A stretch of DNA of 64,000 bases from positions 1,508,730 to 1,572,729 of the forward strand of contig BDGG01000007.1 of NCBI GenBank assembly GCA_001949185.1. Direction: 5' to 3'. The DNA is from Ramazzottius varieornatus (taxonomy: Eukaryota > Animalia > Tardigrada). Of this stretch, positions 12,892 to 26,700 are shown piece by piece (positions within the stretch are counted from its first letter, which is position 1; each line of letters starts with the position of its first letter). Under the pieces are notes generated by a model, which saw only the letters and a program-made list of their open reading frames with translations, was not told the DNA's origin and did no database searches. Both the position numbers and the translations under genes were made by a program.

Positions 12892-14983
12892 CTGTTTGCA
12901 AAAATTGGTCAATAAGGCGAGAATGACAGAGTAGACTGCCCATGTTGTGGAATATTAATAGGGGGTATACTGGTACTGCGCGTATGGCAGGAGCCGGACA
13001 GGCTTGGGAAACCAGTTGGTGCGAGCGCGACTAACGAAGAAGTTGAGGTTAGAGGTGAGATGGCCTAATGAATGCATGGTGATGGGCCGGAAGCTTAGCT
13101 TGATCTTTGTCTTTGTTCCATATTGTTCTGACAGAGGCAGCTAAATGTTGACCAAGTTGAAACTGAGGGCCAGAGTCAAGTTGACTGCCCGTCATTGACA
13201 ATGGAAACAAATGTCAGTCGCCTTGATCGCTCTCCCCCCAAAGCATCCTACAGGTTCTGTGAATGTCGATCGAACTCTCTTTCTCACGTTCGCCCCTTCG
13301 AAAGGTCTTCGGACAGCAGTGGCGCTTTATGCAGTATAGTCCTCCTCATGCTGACGTCGAGCACCGGAAGCCAGAGTTGTTTGCCACTTGTGCGCGGACA
13401 GCTGCTTACAAGTAGCCCATTTTCTCTCGTGTGTTTCTCACCCTGTAGATTTCCGCTGGGGCTGAGGAGGTTGGTCACGACGACTCGCAACTGTTAGTAA
13501 TGAGGGAGAAACGATGTCTTGCAGTCGGCGCGGCGCCTCAGTGGCCTTGTGAGTTTAACTTCTAGACATGCCCATGTTTGTGTCAGTGCGGTAGGCGGGA
13601 ATTTACGTGTAGAGGAAGCTAAGGAGAAAAGGTCAGCTTGTTGCTGGGCTTCGTGCGTAGAGCGGTCAAGACAAAAAACAGTCGTCCTGCCTCCTTGGCC
13701 TGATGTTCTCCTGTGCGTATATGTATGTCTCAAGCAGAAGCAGGGGTGAGGCTTTCTTCCGTGATTTTGGTGCCTGCCATCCAGCTCCCGGTCATAACTG
13801 TCGAACCCCCTCAGCAGCCTGGCTTTGAGTCTTTGATTACCGTCTGTAAGCAAGAGTATAGTTTACTATGATAGCCATATGCAGCGTGGTCAGTAGGCAG
13901 CATGTGTGCCAATACTTACGTTGGAAGGAATACGTGTCTGTATGCATATGCATGACAGCTATATACATAGAGTAGCCAGACCAGCCATATGTCATGGCGT
14001 TGTTACACGACCCGCCTACAGAGTACCCAAGAGTGACTGTAGCTGTAAGCTGTGTGTCGTTATAGACCTTAGCTCGTTCGTCCAGTCGCTTTTTTTTCCT
14101 CCAGCACTGACAAGTAGGCCTCTTTACGAGCGAGCATGCAGTTAAGTTCGTTCTCCGTTCTACCTTTCACTTTGCGCTAGGCTACTTTGCATGCTCCAAC
14201 ACTAACGGCAAACAGCCAGCCCAGCCAGCTGCTTAATTACACTCTTCGCCAACTATCTGATATGCCTTGGCCCATGTTCTGAATGGACTTTTGAAACTGT
14301 TGGTGAGAATTAGGCGCTGACAGAAAAGGAGAAGCCACGAACTTGTTCCTCAATTATGCCAAGGAGCGCCGTGGAGGAAGTTCCTTGTGGTGGTAGTGGT
14401 GCGCGCGGCCATAAGACCTCTTCCCTCGTCCTCCTTTGATGGAATAAACTCCGAGACTCTAGCTGCTGTCGTCAACCTTATTTCCTTGTTGTCTTGGGGG
14501 TAGCACAGTGCAATCCTCTCCGATGGCTGACTGGTGTTGACGTTGAGCTGATCTAGCCTTATTTTTTTATGCTTGGAGGATTCTGCTCGACGAGTGCATC
14601 ATACAACGGTGATCCATAATCCATACTTGACCAACGTGAGGATTACACGCAAACAAAGTTTATGGCTTATACGATGGAAGCTATGCTTTGTCAGGTTGAA
14701 CGGCTTGTCCAGATAGCGCAGACATTTTTTGTCGATTAATTACTCTGGGAAGTAATTTCTGTACGTGGCCAAAGTTGCTCTGCCTAATTTGGCCAGACAC
14801 CGCCAAGGGATTACAGTGGTTTATCCGCCCTATTTGCTGAATTTACAGTGAGAAAAAAAAGAGGGATTTGTTAGGGTCTGCTGTCGTAAGACAGAAAACC
14901 AAAAAGGTCATTAATATAATAATATATATGCTGATATTGACAAAGGAAAAGAGGGAGTGAATTAATTGATGGTTTTTTGGCAG

Positions 14984-17543
14984 GCTTGTGGCTGGATGCG
15001 GGCGCGATGTGAAGACGAGTGGTGGTCAGAAAGGCCAAGGTGCAGGACGTGACTGTCCTTCCTGGCCATCGCCCTCCCTACAGGCAGCCAGCAGCAGCAG
15101 CGGCTGCGTCTCCATCCAAGTGGAGCCTGATTGCCCGGCCGCCATTCTGGCTCCTTCGGCCAAGAGCGCCAATCTCCTGCCATCGCGACGCAGCGATGTC
15201 CATACGGACCTAATTGAGAGGGTGGGTGAGGAGGCCGCCAGCAGCCGCTTGCCGCTGCAACGTCGCGACAGCGAAGTCAGCAGCGCCATGGCCGCTCCCT
15301 CTAGCTCCACCTCGGCCTCCACCTCCATCTCCATCGCCACTTCGGCCTCGGGCTCGGCCAGCAGCAGTAGCATCCATAGTGCCAGCCTCAGTCGCGACCT
15401 CCTACAGAGCTCCGTCCCCTGTGGCATCTCCCGCAAAAAGATTATCAGCAAGAGTCAAGAGGCCGGCCTCAATAGTGCGCAACAGTCGCTGCTGAAGGGC
15501 GCCGCCCATCAAGAAGCCGAGGAGGATGTCTGGTATGACAGCCAAGAGCTCTTCCTGGTAAGCCCCCTCACACTGACGCGCCTCATCCACAGCTAACCTA
15601 TATTATAATATACCCATGCTGACTTGTGCTGCTCTGCTTACTAACTTACAGCACCACTTGCGCGAAGTACTGGATAAATGGTCCAGTTTGGACGACGAAA
15701 TTTGGGGAAAGATCATTTGTATGGAAAAGAACCGACGCGTAGCCAAGGCTTACGCGCGTGTGCCCATCGTCACCATCAATGGATCGGAAGACGGCTTCGA
15801 CGGCTATCGCATCGGGTTAGCTGGCTTCGATAATCCCAAACGCCATTCCGAAACTGCTGATGTGAAAAAGCACATTGGCCAGGTTAGTTTGTATGTATGC
15901 GTGACGTCATCGTGGCGCTCATTCATGTCGAGCTGGCTTGCTACTCATCATTATTTGCCCATAATATTACGTTGGTTTACCATCATGTTGTGCTTCGTTG
16001 CATTCAGGGTGTTAAGCTGAAGCTGGATGCCGATGGGAATATCCTCATCAAACGTGTCAGTACATCCCCGGTCTATGTCGGCAGTCCCAGCGGCAACTTC
16101 CACGAAGACAACTGCTTCTCGACGGAAATTGTCAAGGCTCGCGGCCAGCTGCCCTCCGATAAGCCCATCAAGGTAAAGGCAGCACGAGGCGATTGCCTTG
16201 GTCAATAGATGGCGGGCAACAAAAGAAATATTCTTTTTTCCAGGTTTTCGACATGAAGCGCTTCACACTGAACATTGCCAAAGAGATGCGCAGTGGCGGC
16301 GAGTATGCCGACCGGCGCCGCTTGGAGCTGCAATGCTTCATCACCATCTCCTTTGTCCAACAGGAACAAGACCCGCTGGACACAGCCTGCTGGATCATGG
16401 TCATCAACATTGTGGCCTTGGACATGCTCAAGAATAAGCTGCCACCAACACTTCAAAGTATGCAGGCATATACGGTCTATTTGCCATCATCTTTTCCTCC
16501 CAAACGTCCAGCGTGCTTTTCATGGGCATATGTGACGTTTACTGCTGTGTGTTTCTAGGTCCTCTAGGACTGAGAGGAAAATCGTTACAACATGCGGACA
16601 GCGACTTGGGGATGGGCAAACGCTTCCTGTCCACCACCAATGACGAGCACTATCCCCGCCTGAGGATGCAGCATCAGCTGCCGACCCACTCCATGGCAGA
16701 CCTCAGCATGCTGGAGGTAAGCTAGCGCTAAATCAGCCTTTTCCCTCCTTGTCGACCGTTTCTGCCTTCTGAATAGTACTGTACAAATCTGGGCTGTCTG
16801 CAGGGTGGAGAATGCCATGGAGAAGGCGACTTCGACGACCGTGCCAGCATCGCCACCTACAACTACCTACCCAACTATCCACGAAACCTTGGGGCGGCGG
16901 GAGCGATGAGTGGGGGCGAGTACGCTGATCTGATGCATCTTCCGCGCCGGCCCATGAGCCACTCGGAAGCCGCTCTCTATCGAACGCTGGAAGCTCACGT
17001 TCCGTACCAAGGTAACGGCCTTTGCCGCGCTGCATACCTTACCAGTGTAAATCCGGGCAGCAGTGTTGTGTTGACAGACGGCAGTTATTTCGGGGCTGAT
17101 GTGGGTGGCGCCAGCAGTCGCTACTACAACATGATGGCCGCGTCGGCCAGCCGGAGTGCCACACCCATGGGTCTTTCTGCGCAGCGCCATGCGGCCACCG
17201 AGCCCAACTTTATCTCCTCCTCAAGGACTCAAGCCTTTGGCGCGGCCACTCCCTCCTTGAATCGCTTTGCAGCGGTGGCTGCCCAGCATCGTCACTCTCG
17301 AAGTTACGACTCTGGTCTGGGTATGTGTAGCCTATAGCCTATCCTGGTATGGCGCAATTGCTGCCTCCATACTCAAGTGCTTGCTCTCTTGATGCAGAAT
17401 CGGACCTGACCAGTTCAAGTGATGAAACGGACATGTACAACAAGTGGACCTCTTACTCGCGCCTGCACATGCTGCCCAATGGCCGTATCAGTCAACACTT
17501 GGCTCCTCAAGAACGACCTTCCCGACTGTATGAATGGGAGTAA
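14984..17543 (+). CDS. exp: Expansion/Rebuf family atypical MH2-domain protein (chitin deposition regulator)
   Basis: ISRKKIISKS, EEDVWYD, EVLDKWSSLDDEIWGKIICMEKNRRVAKAYARVPIVTINGSEDGFDGYRIGLAGFDNP, DRRRLELQC, WIMVINIVALDMLKNKLP and C-terminal YEWE match Expansion as I recall it. First in-frame ATG is 15288; the frame is open back to the acceptor at 14984. Confidence 0.93.
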
Positions 17544-17911
17544 ACACAGACCACACCACTACAAGAGAAAAGCTTTATTTATTAGATCATCTTTCTATTT
17601 TACTCTATATGTCATCTTATGCCTTGTTTGATCGGCTTCTCCCTCTTTGTCCGATGATAGGCAGAGTCTACGGTCTTCGCTTTGACACTATAGTTCCTTC
17701 TTCTGCTGGGTTCCTAACGTAGTTGCTGCTCTTTATGGCTTTTAATGTCTCAGTTTGAGTCCCAGCATGGCTACGAGGAAACATAACAAGCTTCCTGTTT
17801 CATGGAGGCAGTCAGAATTGTATTCTGCCAAAAAGGCGAAAGCGGGCAAGGCAGCAGGTGCTTTCTGACAGTTAGTTTTGGGCGACTTGACGCGACATAA
17901 TACGTAATCAG

Positions 17912-17962
17912 GACATGACATGACATGACATAACATGACATGACATAACATGACATAGACAT
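17912..17962. repeat. Pentanucleotide microsatellite (GACAT)n, ~10 imperfect units
   Basis: gacatgacatgacatgacataacatgacatgacataacatgacatagacat. Confidence 0.9.
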
Positions 17963-18290
17963 GTACTGTTATCCGGACATCGTCTGAAACTGGGCAGAGC
18001 GTTCTGGTTCCGCAGTTAAACATCTGTATCGCGCGACCGTTTCTCCTGTGGTTTATTTTCTGTCCGAAGCATCCTTTAGTAACTTCCGAACTTTTGTTAG
18101 GACTATATTCGACAGTGAGGGAGAGTCCATGGATGTGTAATTCGCTGGTCGATGTGGATAATGCGTGTATTGGTGTGATCGCAGCTTACATCTGCATAAG
18201 GGTGACTAACTACCAAGTCTCAAGTGACGACGGTTTCTGTGAAGACGATTCGGACCTGTTGAGTGTACATCCCGACGAGCAGCGCCCAAT

Positions 18291-21200
18291 ATGTTCGCAT
18301 TTACGGGAGACTATCGGAAGAAGCCTCAGCAGGCTTTGCGAGGAACGCGAGTAGCCGTAAGTTGGCTTGAGACGTCATGTTTGCTAACCAGTATTACTGT
18401 AATGCTTCATGAACTTCGCGAAGTTACGTCACAGTGCGCGTAGGGTTTACGGGTATGATGACGCATACAGTACATGCTCACTATGACGTAATGCGCGAAG
18501 TGTATGAAGCTTTACAGTAGCTTTGCTGGACAGTACGAGTAGGGACGCGTATTAAGAGTGATCAGTTAAAGACGGGAGGCTATAAAGTGACCATGAGGCA
18601 ATCTTCTTGTTGACAGGAACAGCGAGAAGAGTCGCTGCAGAAGGCGGCTGAAGGACGACGTCAACGCGAGGTAAGGCAGCGGATAACGACAGCTAGTGTC
18701 ATATAATATACCAGAGAGTTTTTGTGCTGTGTACGTACTGTATCGTGGATCTTGACCGCCGCTTTCTTCCAGGAACTGCGCCGGAAGGTTCAGAGCGTCG
18801 TCAAGATTCAGGCATTGGCACGGAAGTTTCTTCTGCGAGCACAGCGGGTAAGGTTGCTGTACCAGCGTTCTGTCTAATCATTGAAAGCTGGTATAGCTTA
18901 TGCGTTGGCATAAATAACTTCGTGTCTGTCATGGACGGTGGACATCTTCTCGAATCTAAGGTGGTAGTGTTGGAAGGAGAGAGAGAGATGGATGACATGT
19001 CTGGGCTGTGTTATTGCAGAGGAAGGCTATAGTGGTGGAGGTGGAGAGGAACAAGGACAGCCTGTCCACTTCCGGGGACGTGCCGAGGCTGCTGCAGTAT
19101 GTGCGGGCCGTCAACTTATACCTGGTCCGTCACATTAGCCCCCAGGAAGCGTCTGCATTCTTTGTCCTAGCCCAAGTGCTGGTCAAGGCGCAACAAGCGC
19201 TGGTGGAGAGCTGTGGCCAGGACAGCCCGACGGCCCTGGCTGTGGCGCGTTTCCTGGGCACCGCTCTGCAGCTGGCGGGCTCGCCGGCCGACACCAACAG
19301 CGTCCTTCGCCTGGCTGAAATTCTCCTTGGTCAGGCCGATCTAGCAGCTGGCCTTCAGCGCGTCATCTGCGCCTCGCTGGTCGAGCGGGCCTTCTTCCAG
19401 TCCTGTCTGCGTATCCTGCAGGCTCGTTCCATCGGCCTGTCCTTCGCGCCTTCCCCCAAAGCTCCCACCGAGTTTCACGCTTCCCTCCTGTCCCTCCTGC
19501 TCAAGCCACTGGTCATTCTGCTGCCGGTCGATGCCAAGGTGGTGGTCAAGTTCGCCAAAGAAGTCCTCAGTCAGTCACATCACGTCGTCGTCGCGGACTT
19601 TGTCCTGCGTGCGTTGGCCGAGGTGCAGGGACACTCACTTCCGGTCGGTCTCTTCATCGACCAAGCAGCTGCGGCTATTCGGATGGAGCAGTTGCCTGCG
19701 GCCGACATCTGGCAGTGCTGGTCCTGGTGCCTGCTGGTCGGCGGTTGGGGCGGTAGCCTGCAGGGCTCGACCGCCGTCTTGACCGTCATGAATCACGCAC
19801 TGATGGGCTTGATCAAGGCACAGGCCTTTATCGTCGCCGACGATGACAAGCGCCGAAAAATGGACGAGGAGGAGGACAGTGAGGACGAGGAGATGGAAGA
19901 GGGGCCGACCAAGGGCCAGACCGTGGAGAAGGTGCCAAGCAAAGAGGAAGAAAGGGAAGGCCAAGTTCGACGGGATATTCTGGCCGCTATTGAGTCGCCT
20001 GCCTTCATCACCCTGGTCCTGTCCGCTTTGGAGGTTTGTCCTACCATAATGATATCAAAGGAGCTTGGCGGATTGATTAGTCCCACCAAATCTGTTCTCT
20101 GTTCCGTTACAGATAAAGTCGGGCACGGTGGTGGAGGATGCGGCGGGAATGTGCACTTCGCTGATAAGCAGCCAGGGCAAGGATGCAGTCAGTATGCCGA
20201 CGCTCTTTTACAAGATGGCCTTCAACATGGCCTTCCTCAAGGCCTTATGGCAGCGTATCGGTCAGTTTGAGGTGGTGGAGCGCTTGCGCAGCAGCCCCAA
20301 CGTCACCTTCTCCTTGGCTGGCAGCAAGAGCTGGATGCGGCTGTACACCGTCTTTGCCCGCTTGTTGGTCTGTACCATGGCCACCGTCTACGACGACGAG
20401 TTTGGGGAGGCCAGCGGCGGCAGCCAGCAGCAGCGGCCACGGCGGGGTAGCTTTGAGTTTGAGCTGGAGGAAGTGGTGGAGATTGCGGCTAGTTCGCGCG
20501 ACGTGGCGGCTGCCCTGCTCTTTGTGGCCTACTCGCCGGCCCTGGCCACCGACGGCGACTGCAGCTACCTGCTGACGCACCTCTTCTCCTCGGTCGTCAA
20601 CTTGATCCGCGAACTGCATGATCGCGACGCCCGCCGAGGCTTCTGCCCCGACGGCTTCTGGATCAGCCCCAAGTTGACGGCGCTGGCCGACAAGGCACGA
20701 CGCAGCGGCAACCCCCAGTTCATCTACGATGTCTTTGAAGCCTGCAACCCATTCAGGCCGTAAGCCTACAGCACTTGCCATGGTGGGAGCTGACCGTTAG
20801 CTGCAACTTGAACATGTTTGTGTTCTGTCCTTGTAGGTTGAAGAATGGCTTGTTTGCCGGTGCCAGTCTGGACGAAGTGCGCTTCAACCTGGTGCTGGAC
20901 CAAGTGCCCTGCCTGCTGCCCTTCAACCATCGCCTCCTCTTTGTCTATCTGACCCTCCGCTCCGACAAGAATGCTTCTCGTCGCGACTTTGACTTTCTAC
21001 GGGCTGACAGCTTCATCCACGTCAAAGTCAGGTAAGAAAGGGCACAGCACAAGTTCAGTAATGAGAAAGCGATACCGGTCAGTATGATGACTGATCAGCG
21101 GATGGTTCGATAGGCGGGAATACATTTACGAAGACGCATTCACCGACCTGCACCCCAACGTGGTGGCTGACATGAAGAAGCCGCTCAAAGTGGCCTTCCA

Positions 21201-22720
21201 GAACTTGGCCGGCCTGGACGAAGCCGGTGTCGACGGAGGCGGACTCTTTCGCGAGTTCATGAACCAATGCGTTCGTTCAGGTACAATCGCCTTCTTTCCC
21301 TATAAAGCATATTCTCTCTTGACCTTCATATAGTGTCGTGGGCGAGCATATCGATGGCCGTGTCTTTTGCCAAAGGCTTGATGTACATGGCTATTGTCTT
21401 GTGACAGGCTTCGACCCCAATCGCGGCTTCTTTCGCTCCAACGAAGAGGCCACCTTGTACCCCAACCCCGAAGCCACCATGCTCTGTCCCACCTCCTACA
21501 GGGAGCACTTTTTCTTTTTGGGGCGCATGCTGGGCAAAGCCATCTACGAGAACCTGCTGACCGAGCTGCACTTTGCCGACTTTTTCCTCAAGAAGCTGCT
21601 GTCCAAGCACAATGTCGGCAACGTGGACATTCACTACCTCAAGTCGCTGGACCCCATGCTCTTTAAGAATCTCCTCTACCTCAAACAGTACCCCGCGGAT
21701 GTGGCCGACTTGCAGTTGGACTTTAGCGTCACGGTCGACGAGATGGGCCTGACACGACAAGTCGACCTCAAACCCAACGGCAAGAATATCCCCGTCACCA
21801 CAGACAACGTTGTCGAATACATCTTCCTCATGGCCGATTTCAAATTGAACCGACAGGTACGTACATATTAGGCTTCGTTGAGCATTGTTGCAGGCATGTG
21901 CCACAAAATATAATAATTATCATGCTAACGCGGTAAATCGTCGCTCTTCGATAGATTCGAGTGCACACGGCCTGCTTCCGCGAAGGCCTCAACGACGTTG
22001 TGCCGATCCAGCTTTTGCAAATCTTCAACTTTAAGGAACTGCAAACGCTAATATCGGGCACCGAGGAGCCCATCGACATTAAAGACTGGCGGAAGCATAC
22101 TTCCTATGGCAGTAAGTCTTTGTCTTCCTCTCGCTGACCCTGGCATACCCTTAAAATTTTATTTACAACATAGATTGCAAACATATTAAAAAGTCTTTCT
22201 TTAAAATTAAGATTTAATGCTTTATTATTGAGTGTCGAAAGACTTTAGTTACTATAACTTTAAATCTTATTACCATATTATCATTATGGTCAGCCAGTGC
22301 TGATTCTGAGGCTGAACGGCTTCTTCTGTTGCCCTAGATCCTTACGACGAAGAGCATCCAACCATCAAGGCCTTCTGGAATGTCATCCAGTCCTTTAGCG
22401 AGCCCACCAAGAGGAAATTGCTCAAGTTTGTCACCAGCTGCTCCCGGCCTCCCCTCTTAGGCTTCAAGGTATGGTGGCCTCCATAGCAGACTCGTGATAG
22501 TTTCACTGTCTCGTTGCTTTGCTGACTGCCTGCTAATGGAGAATGTTGGTAGGAGCTGCCTCACAAGTTCACCATCAATCCAGCGTCAGGGGAAGACCGT
22601 CTACCGACAGCGAGCACCTGCATGAACCTCCTAAAGTTGCCCATCATTCAAGACGAGCAGAAACTGCGGGAAAAATTGCTGTATGCCATTGAATCGGAAT
22701 CTGGCTTTGAGCTGAGCTAA
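18291..22720 (+). CDS. UBE3C: HECT E3 ubiquitin ligase UBE3C
   Basis: N-terminus [20 protein letters not shown] motif [67 protein letters not shown], and C-terminus [14 protein letters not shown]...SESGFELS*. Confidence 0.95.
18397..18517. mobile_element. Short TA-flanked MITE in UBE3C intron 1
   Basis: ~43-nt imperfect TIRs (CTGTAATGCTTCATGAACTTCGCG... / ...CGCGAAGTGTATGAAGCTTTACAG) with TA at both flanks. Confidence 0.75.
22155..22209 (+). pseudogene. trnC: Mitochondrial-type tRNA-Cys(GCA) remnant (NUMT)
   Basis: Acceptor stem AATTTTA/TAAAATT, no D-arm, anticodon loop TT-GCA-AA (GCA at 22177-22179) with 2 stem mismatches, short T-stem AAAG/CTTT; lies in a strongly AT-rich island. Confidence 0.6.
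22208..22268 (-). pseudogene. trnR: Mitochondrial-type tRNA-Arg(TCG) remnant (NUMT)
   Basis: Minus strand: AAGATTT AA AGTT-ATAGT-AACT (D-arm), then TT-TCG-AC anticodon loop with an imperfect stem, a reduced T region, and AAATCTT; perfect 7-bp acceptor stem. Confidence 0.6.
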
Positions 22721-23738
22721 CTGCTGCTTTCCATTGGGCAGTGGCAGTCCTCTTGGTGAAGTTTTAGACTAGTGCAGACAGACTTGGGGTGAACACGTGC
22801 TCTTTCAGTAGTCAAGTACTTCTCTGGTCTACATTGTGTGAATCGTTTACCTGTTCTTCTTGTTGTACAAACTGCTTGACCATAACCTGTCGCTCCATTC
22901 GTGGACTGTAGCCTAACGATGGATGATCAGCTTGTTTTCATTGTGCGGTTTCTGACCATGGTTTCGGACTTTGGCAGACAGGCGGCGCCACAAGCAACGG
23001 AGAAGGCCTCACTTCCGGTCGGCATCCCATCCCCGCTAGTCCGGATTTTGTGCTAAAGCAGATAGCAACGACCGATCCTGCCCGAACACGGAGCGTGTTT
23101 TGTGGTGTGTGACGATGAAAAAAGACACGGGACAGAAGAAGCGGAAACAGTCCAGCACGGTACTTGTCGGTACCGAGTGACCACGGTGGAGAACCATCGA
23201 CACGATATTCCGACGCCAACGGGGCTTTCCCGTAAGAGAACTACAATAACTTGGCATGACCGCTGGATCGCAACTAGCGTTCTGGAGAAGACCTCGGAAT
23301 TCGAGTACGATCGGAAGGGATTCATTGATTAGCATTATACGGGTTCTTCTCATATACTGTAGAAGGAACCTCAAACCTTTATTTCACCTACTCATACAGC
23401 GATAACATCACACCAAAGGTGAGACCTTCAGCCCTTTAAATGGACATGTATCAGACTATATCCAGACAAGTCTCCCACGAGAGAAGTAAAAAGAAGGCAT
23501 GTTCGCGGTATTCGTCGACTTATTGCGACTGAAAAAACAAATGCACACCAGCCAAAAAAAGAGTCCCGTAAAAACTGTTTCACACAAAAAGCCGCGTATT
23601 CTCCATTCAGAAAAGAAAAACAATGGAGGAAAAACAGATCAGAAGAAAACCCAAGTGAATAGTGAACAACAGATCCCGCTAAAAAACATACCCGTCATTA
23701 TTCTGTACAAAACCACCTTCTTGTCAAAAAGGCACAAA

Positions 23739-26700
23739 CTAAGCTATGAAGTGGTTCGAAGGTTCGCTGGGCATTGTCCCATCGTGCGTCGATCCCATCG
23801 GTTTCATCTCCAACGGTGACTCTCCGCCCGACCGTCTACGCGTGGTCATCCCGTCCAGTAACGCTTCAGTGTCCTCACTCGATCTCTTCAATTCACCGTT
23901 TGGCTGTACGATTGAGATTTTCGGTAGTCTACTGCCACTGAGAATCCGTACCAACCCATTAGCGCTACGTGGGCTGGCCAGGTTGACGGCTGGCTCGAAG
24001 ACTTCTTCATCCCTGCCCAGCCTGTCCATCTCGGAGCCGAACAAGTCTTGTCCGCTTTTCTCTTGGTCTTCTAGCTTGGTGGCTCGGATGGCCGCGATGT
24101 AATGACAGCGCTTGATCCGCAGGAAGAGGACGTCGGTGATGGCGTAGACTGTAAAGTCGGGGACGAACAGGCCAGTGGGTCCGTTGCCGCGTTCCAGGTT
24201 GAGACGGGAGACGCCTGGCTGTGATTGACGTGCCAGGGAGGGAAAAGGTGTGTGCGTCAGAGCTTGCAGCTCGTCTTGCGAGACGGCAAGGGATGTCACA
24301 CCGAAGTGGGTGAAGGGACCACTCTCGAAAACCAGACCTGAAAGCCCAAGTCTGAACTGAGAGACGGAACAACAAACTAGAAAACTCCATCAGGCACCTA
24401 CATACAATAAACTATGACACCAGCATGTTCCCACGGTATGCATGTGCATAAAGAAACTGCGTACTTCGTCGCAGCGAGAAAGCAAGCGTTCTTCACGCAC
24501 TTGCATACTGTACATCATGAGCGTATCGGGACACTGAGTATCGAGGTAACCGATCGACACCACTGCATTTTGTTGGTGCCACAGAGCAAACGTCCATGAT
24601 GTATCCGCATACAGTGTAGTGAGGTGTTATCATCGCCTCAAGTATGCAGGGGAGTGACAGAAAAGCAGTTTAATATTACAGAACAAGAAAGTAAACTGTA
24701 CCTTCAAAGCCGATCTTGACTTCAACCCGGCCCTCCAGTATCAGGACAAAGTAATCCGCGGGGCGACCAGCCTGAAATATGAAGCTCGGTTCGGCGTCAC
24801 CAGGCTTGCGTCGGATCATTCGGGCTACTTCCGGATGGCGGATAAGGCGCTTAAGGATATGTTCCGACACAAATTGCGAGCGGAAGGGATCTACGGAGGT
24901 GCTGAGGAACTGGAAGGCTGCGTGCTGTAGTTGTGGAGTGATTAGTGAAGCGTACAGTGGGCGGGAGGTAAACACTGAAAGGTCCTTCTTCATAGGCTTC
25001 TTGCGGTCCAGGTCGTTCTTGTCAGACTCGTCCAGAATCTCCGACTGGATCATCTCTTCAATGATGTCTTCCAACGTGGCCACACCTATCGTCTCGTACT
25101 CGGGGTCCCCATCGCCTTTCTGGATAACGTGCTGGACGAACGCCATGTGCGAGCGACCTTTTTTAAATTCCTCTGTAATAGAAAGTAAGCCACTTGAACC
25201 AAACGGAACTGAATTCACGAGTCGAAACAGCAAATTCTCGTAGGTTGAAGCCACTCCTCGTTTCTTTTCCCGCAGTGGAAGATTGATCATACAACTCATG
25301 CAAAAAGACGGTGCTTGTAAACACAGTGAAATCGAACCAAAATAATTTTTTCGAAACCTGAAACGCTTGATGAGAGATCAATCCTCAAATCATCCCTCAG
25401 AAAAATCTTGAAAACTTCTCCGTCTGCCATCATCACTACACGATTCACCAAAACAGGTTCCTTTTTTACCTAGCATGACGTCGAGTGTTGTGTCTTCAAA
25501 GACAAAGCAGAGCTCATAGCTGTAGTATCTGCACAGCGTCTTCACCGCCGTACAATCGTCCGGATCTAACAGCGCCAAGTCCTTGATATTCAGCAAGCCT
25601 ACCACGTTACTTCTCGTCTGCTCGAAGACCGGTATCCTCGTGTAACCTGAAGCAACCAATCCAATATTTGTTACTGTCCAGCTTCTCTGCGCTGTGACGG
25701 AAAAAGTCTTACCTTCTCGAGTAATTTCGGCCAACGTATCAAAGTCCAATATGGCATCATAAGGCAACATGAAAGTGTCGTCAAGCGGCGTCATGATATC
25801 CATCACGCGTTTCCGCTTCAACGACAGCGTTCCCGAAATGATGTTGATCTCATCGTTCTCCAAAAGATTCTGGTCCTTGGTCACACGAATCAGCTCGACT
25901 AGGCGCTCGCGGTCGTAGACTGTCCCGATCTCCCTACCGAGAAGAAAGTCCAGAATGCGACTCAGTGGATAGGAAATCAGACATGTTACCCCCATCACAA
26001 TCTGCAAGAACAAAGTCCAAACTAACCCTAATACAATGCAGAGATATTCGGAGTACTGTACGGGACGTCGGCAAATGATTTCATCCAAATTGTAATCTCA
26101 GGTGGCGCATGTGTGACAATTGTTGTTGGCTGAGGATATGCGCCACTTGCGAAAACAACCTGGATGTGCTCATTTGTCGATGCCCTGTATTGAAGCATGT
26201 ATCCCATTTATTCGGAAAGCTTTTAATTATTTCTTCTTTAAACTTATTCTGCTGTCACTATATAGTTTATACCATTGTAATGTATCGGGTGGCGGAACCG
26301 ATTGCCAGGCCGAAGCGATTACAGAGAGCTTGCGGGACGATTTCACCGAACAAGACGATACCGATGGTAGAGAAGATGACGGCATACAGTCCAGACGTCA
26401 GGTCGTCCAGCAGGATCGTGAGGGAACTATTGACTAGTACATTGCCGATGACCAGCGAGCACAGCAAGAAGTTACCCTTCTTCCGTAGCGGGATGATATT
26501 CTTGGCGTGGACTTTCTCCTTGGCAGCACCTACACTGGCCACAATCTGCAGTTCTGTAGGGTCGAGGGACAGCAGACCGAGGTTGAGACCAGAAAAGAGA
26601 CCTGAAAGAGCTTGCAGAACTATCACGAGCAGAATTTGGATCCATAGTGGAATGAGGTAGCGTCGGACGGAGAGAATCTGCAGGTAGGGGGAACGACCTT

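Noticed and set aside
22930-23380. Overlapping 76-112 aa ORFs between the UBE3C and CNNM 3' ends
   Set aside because: No recognisable motifs, splice chain or convincing start context.
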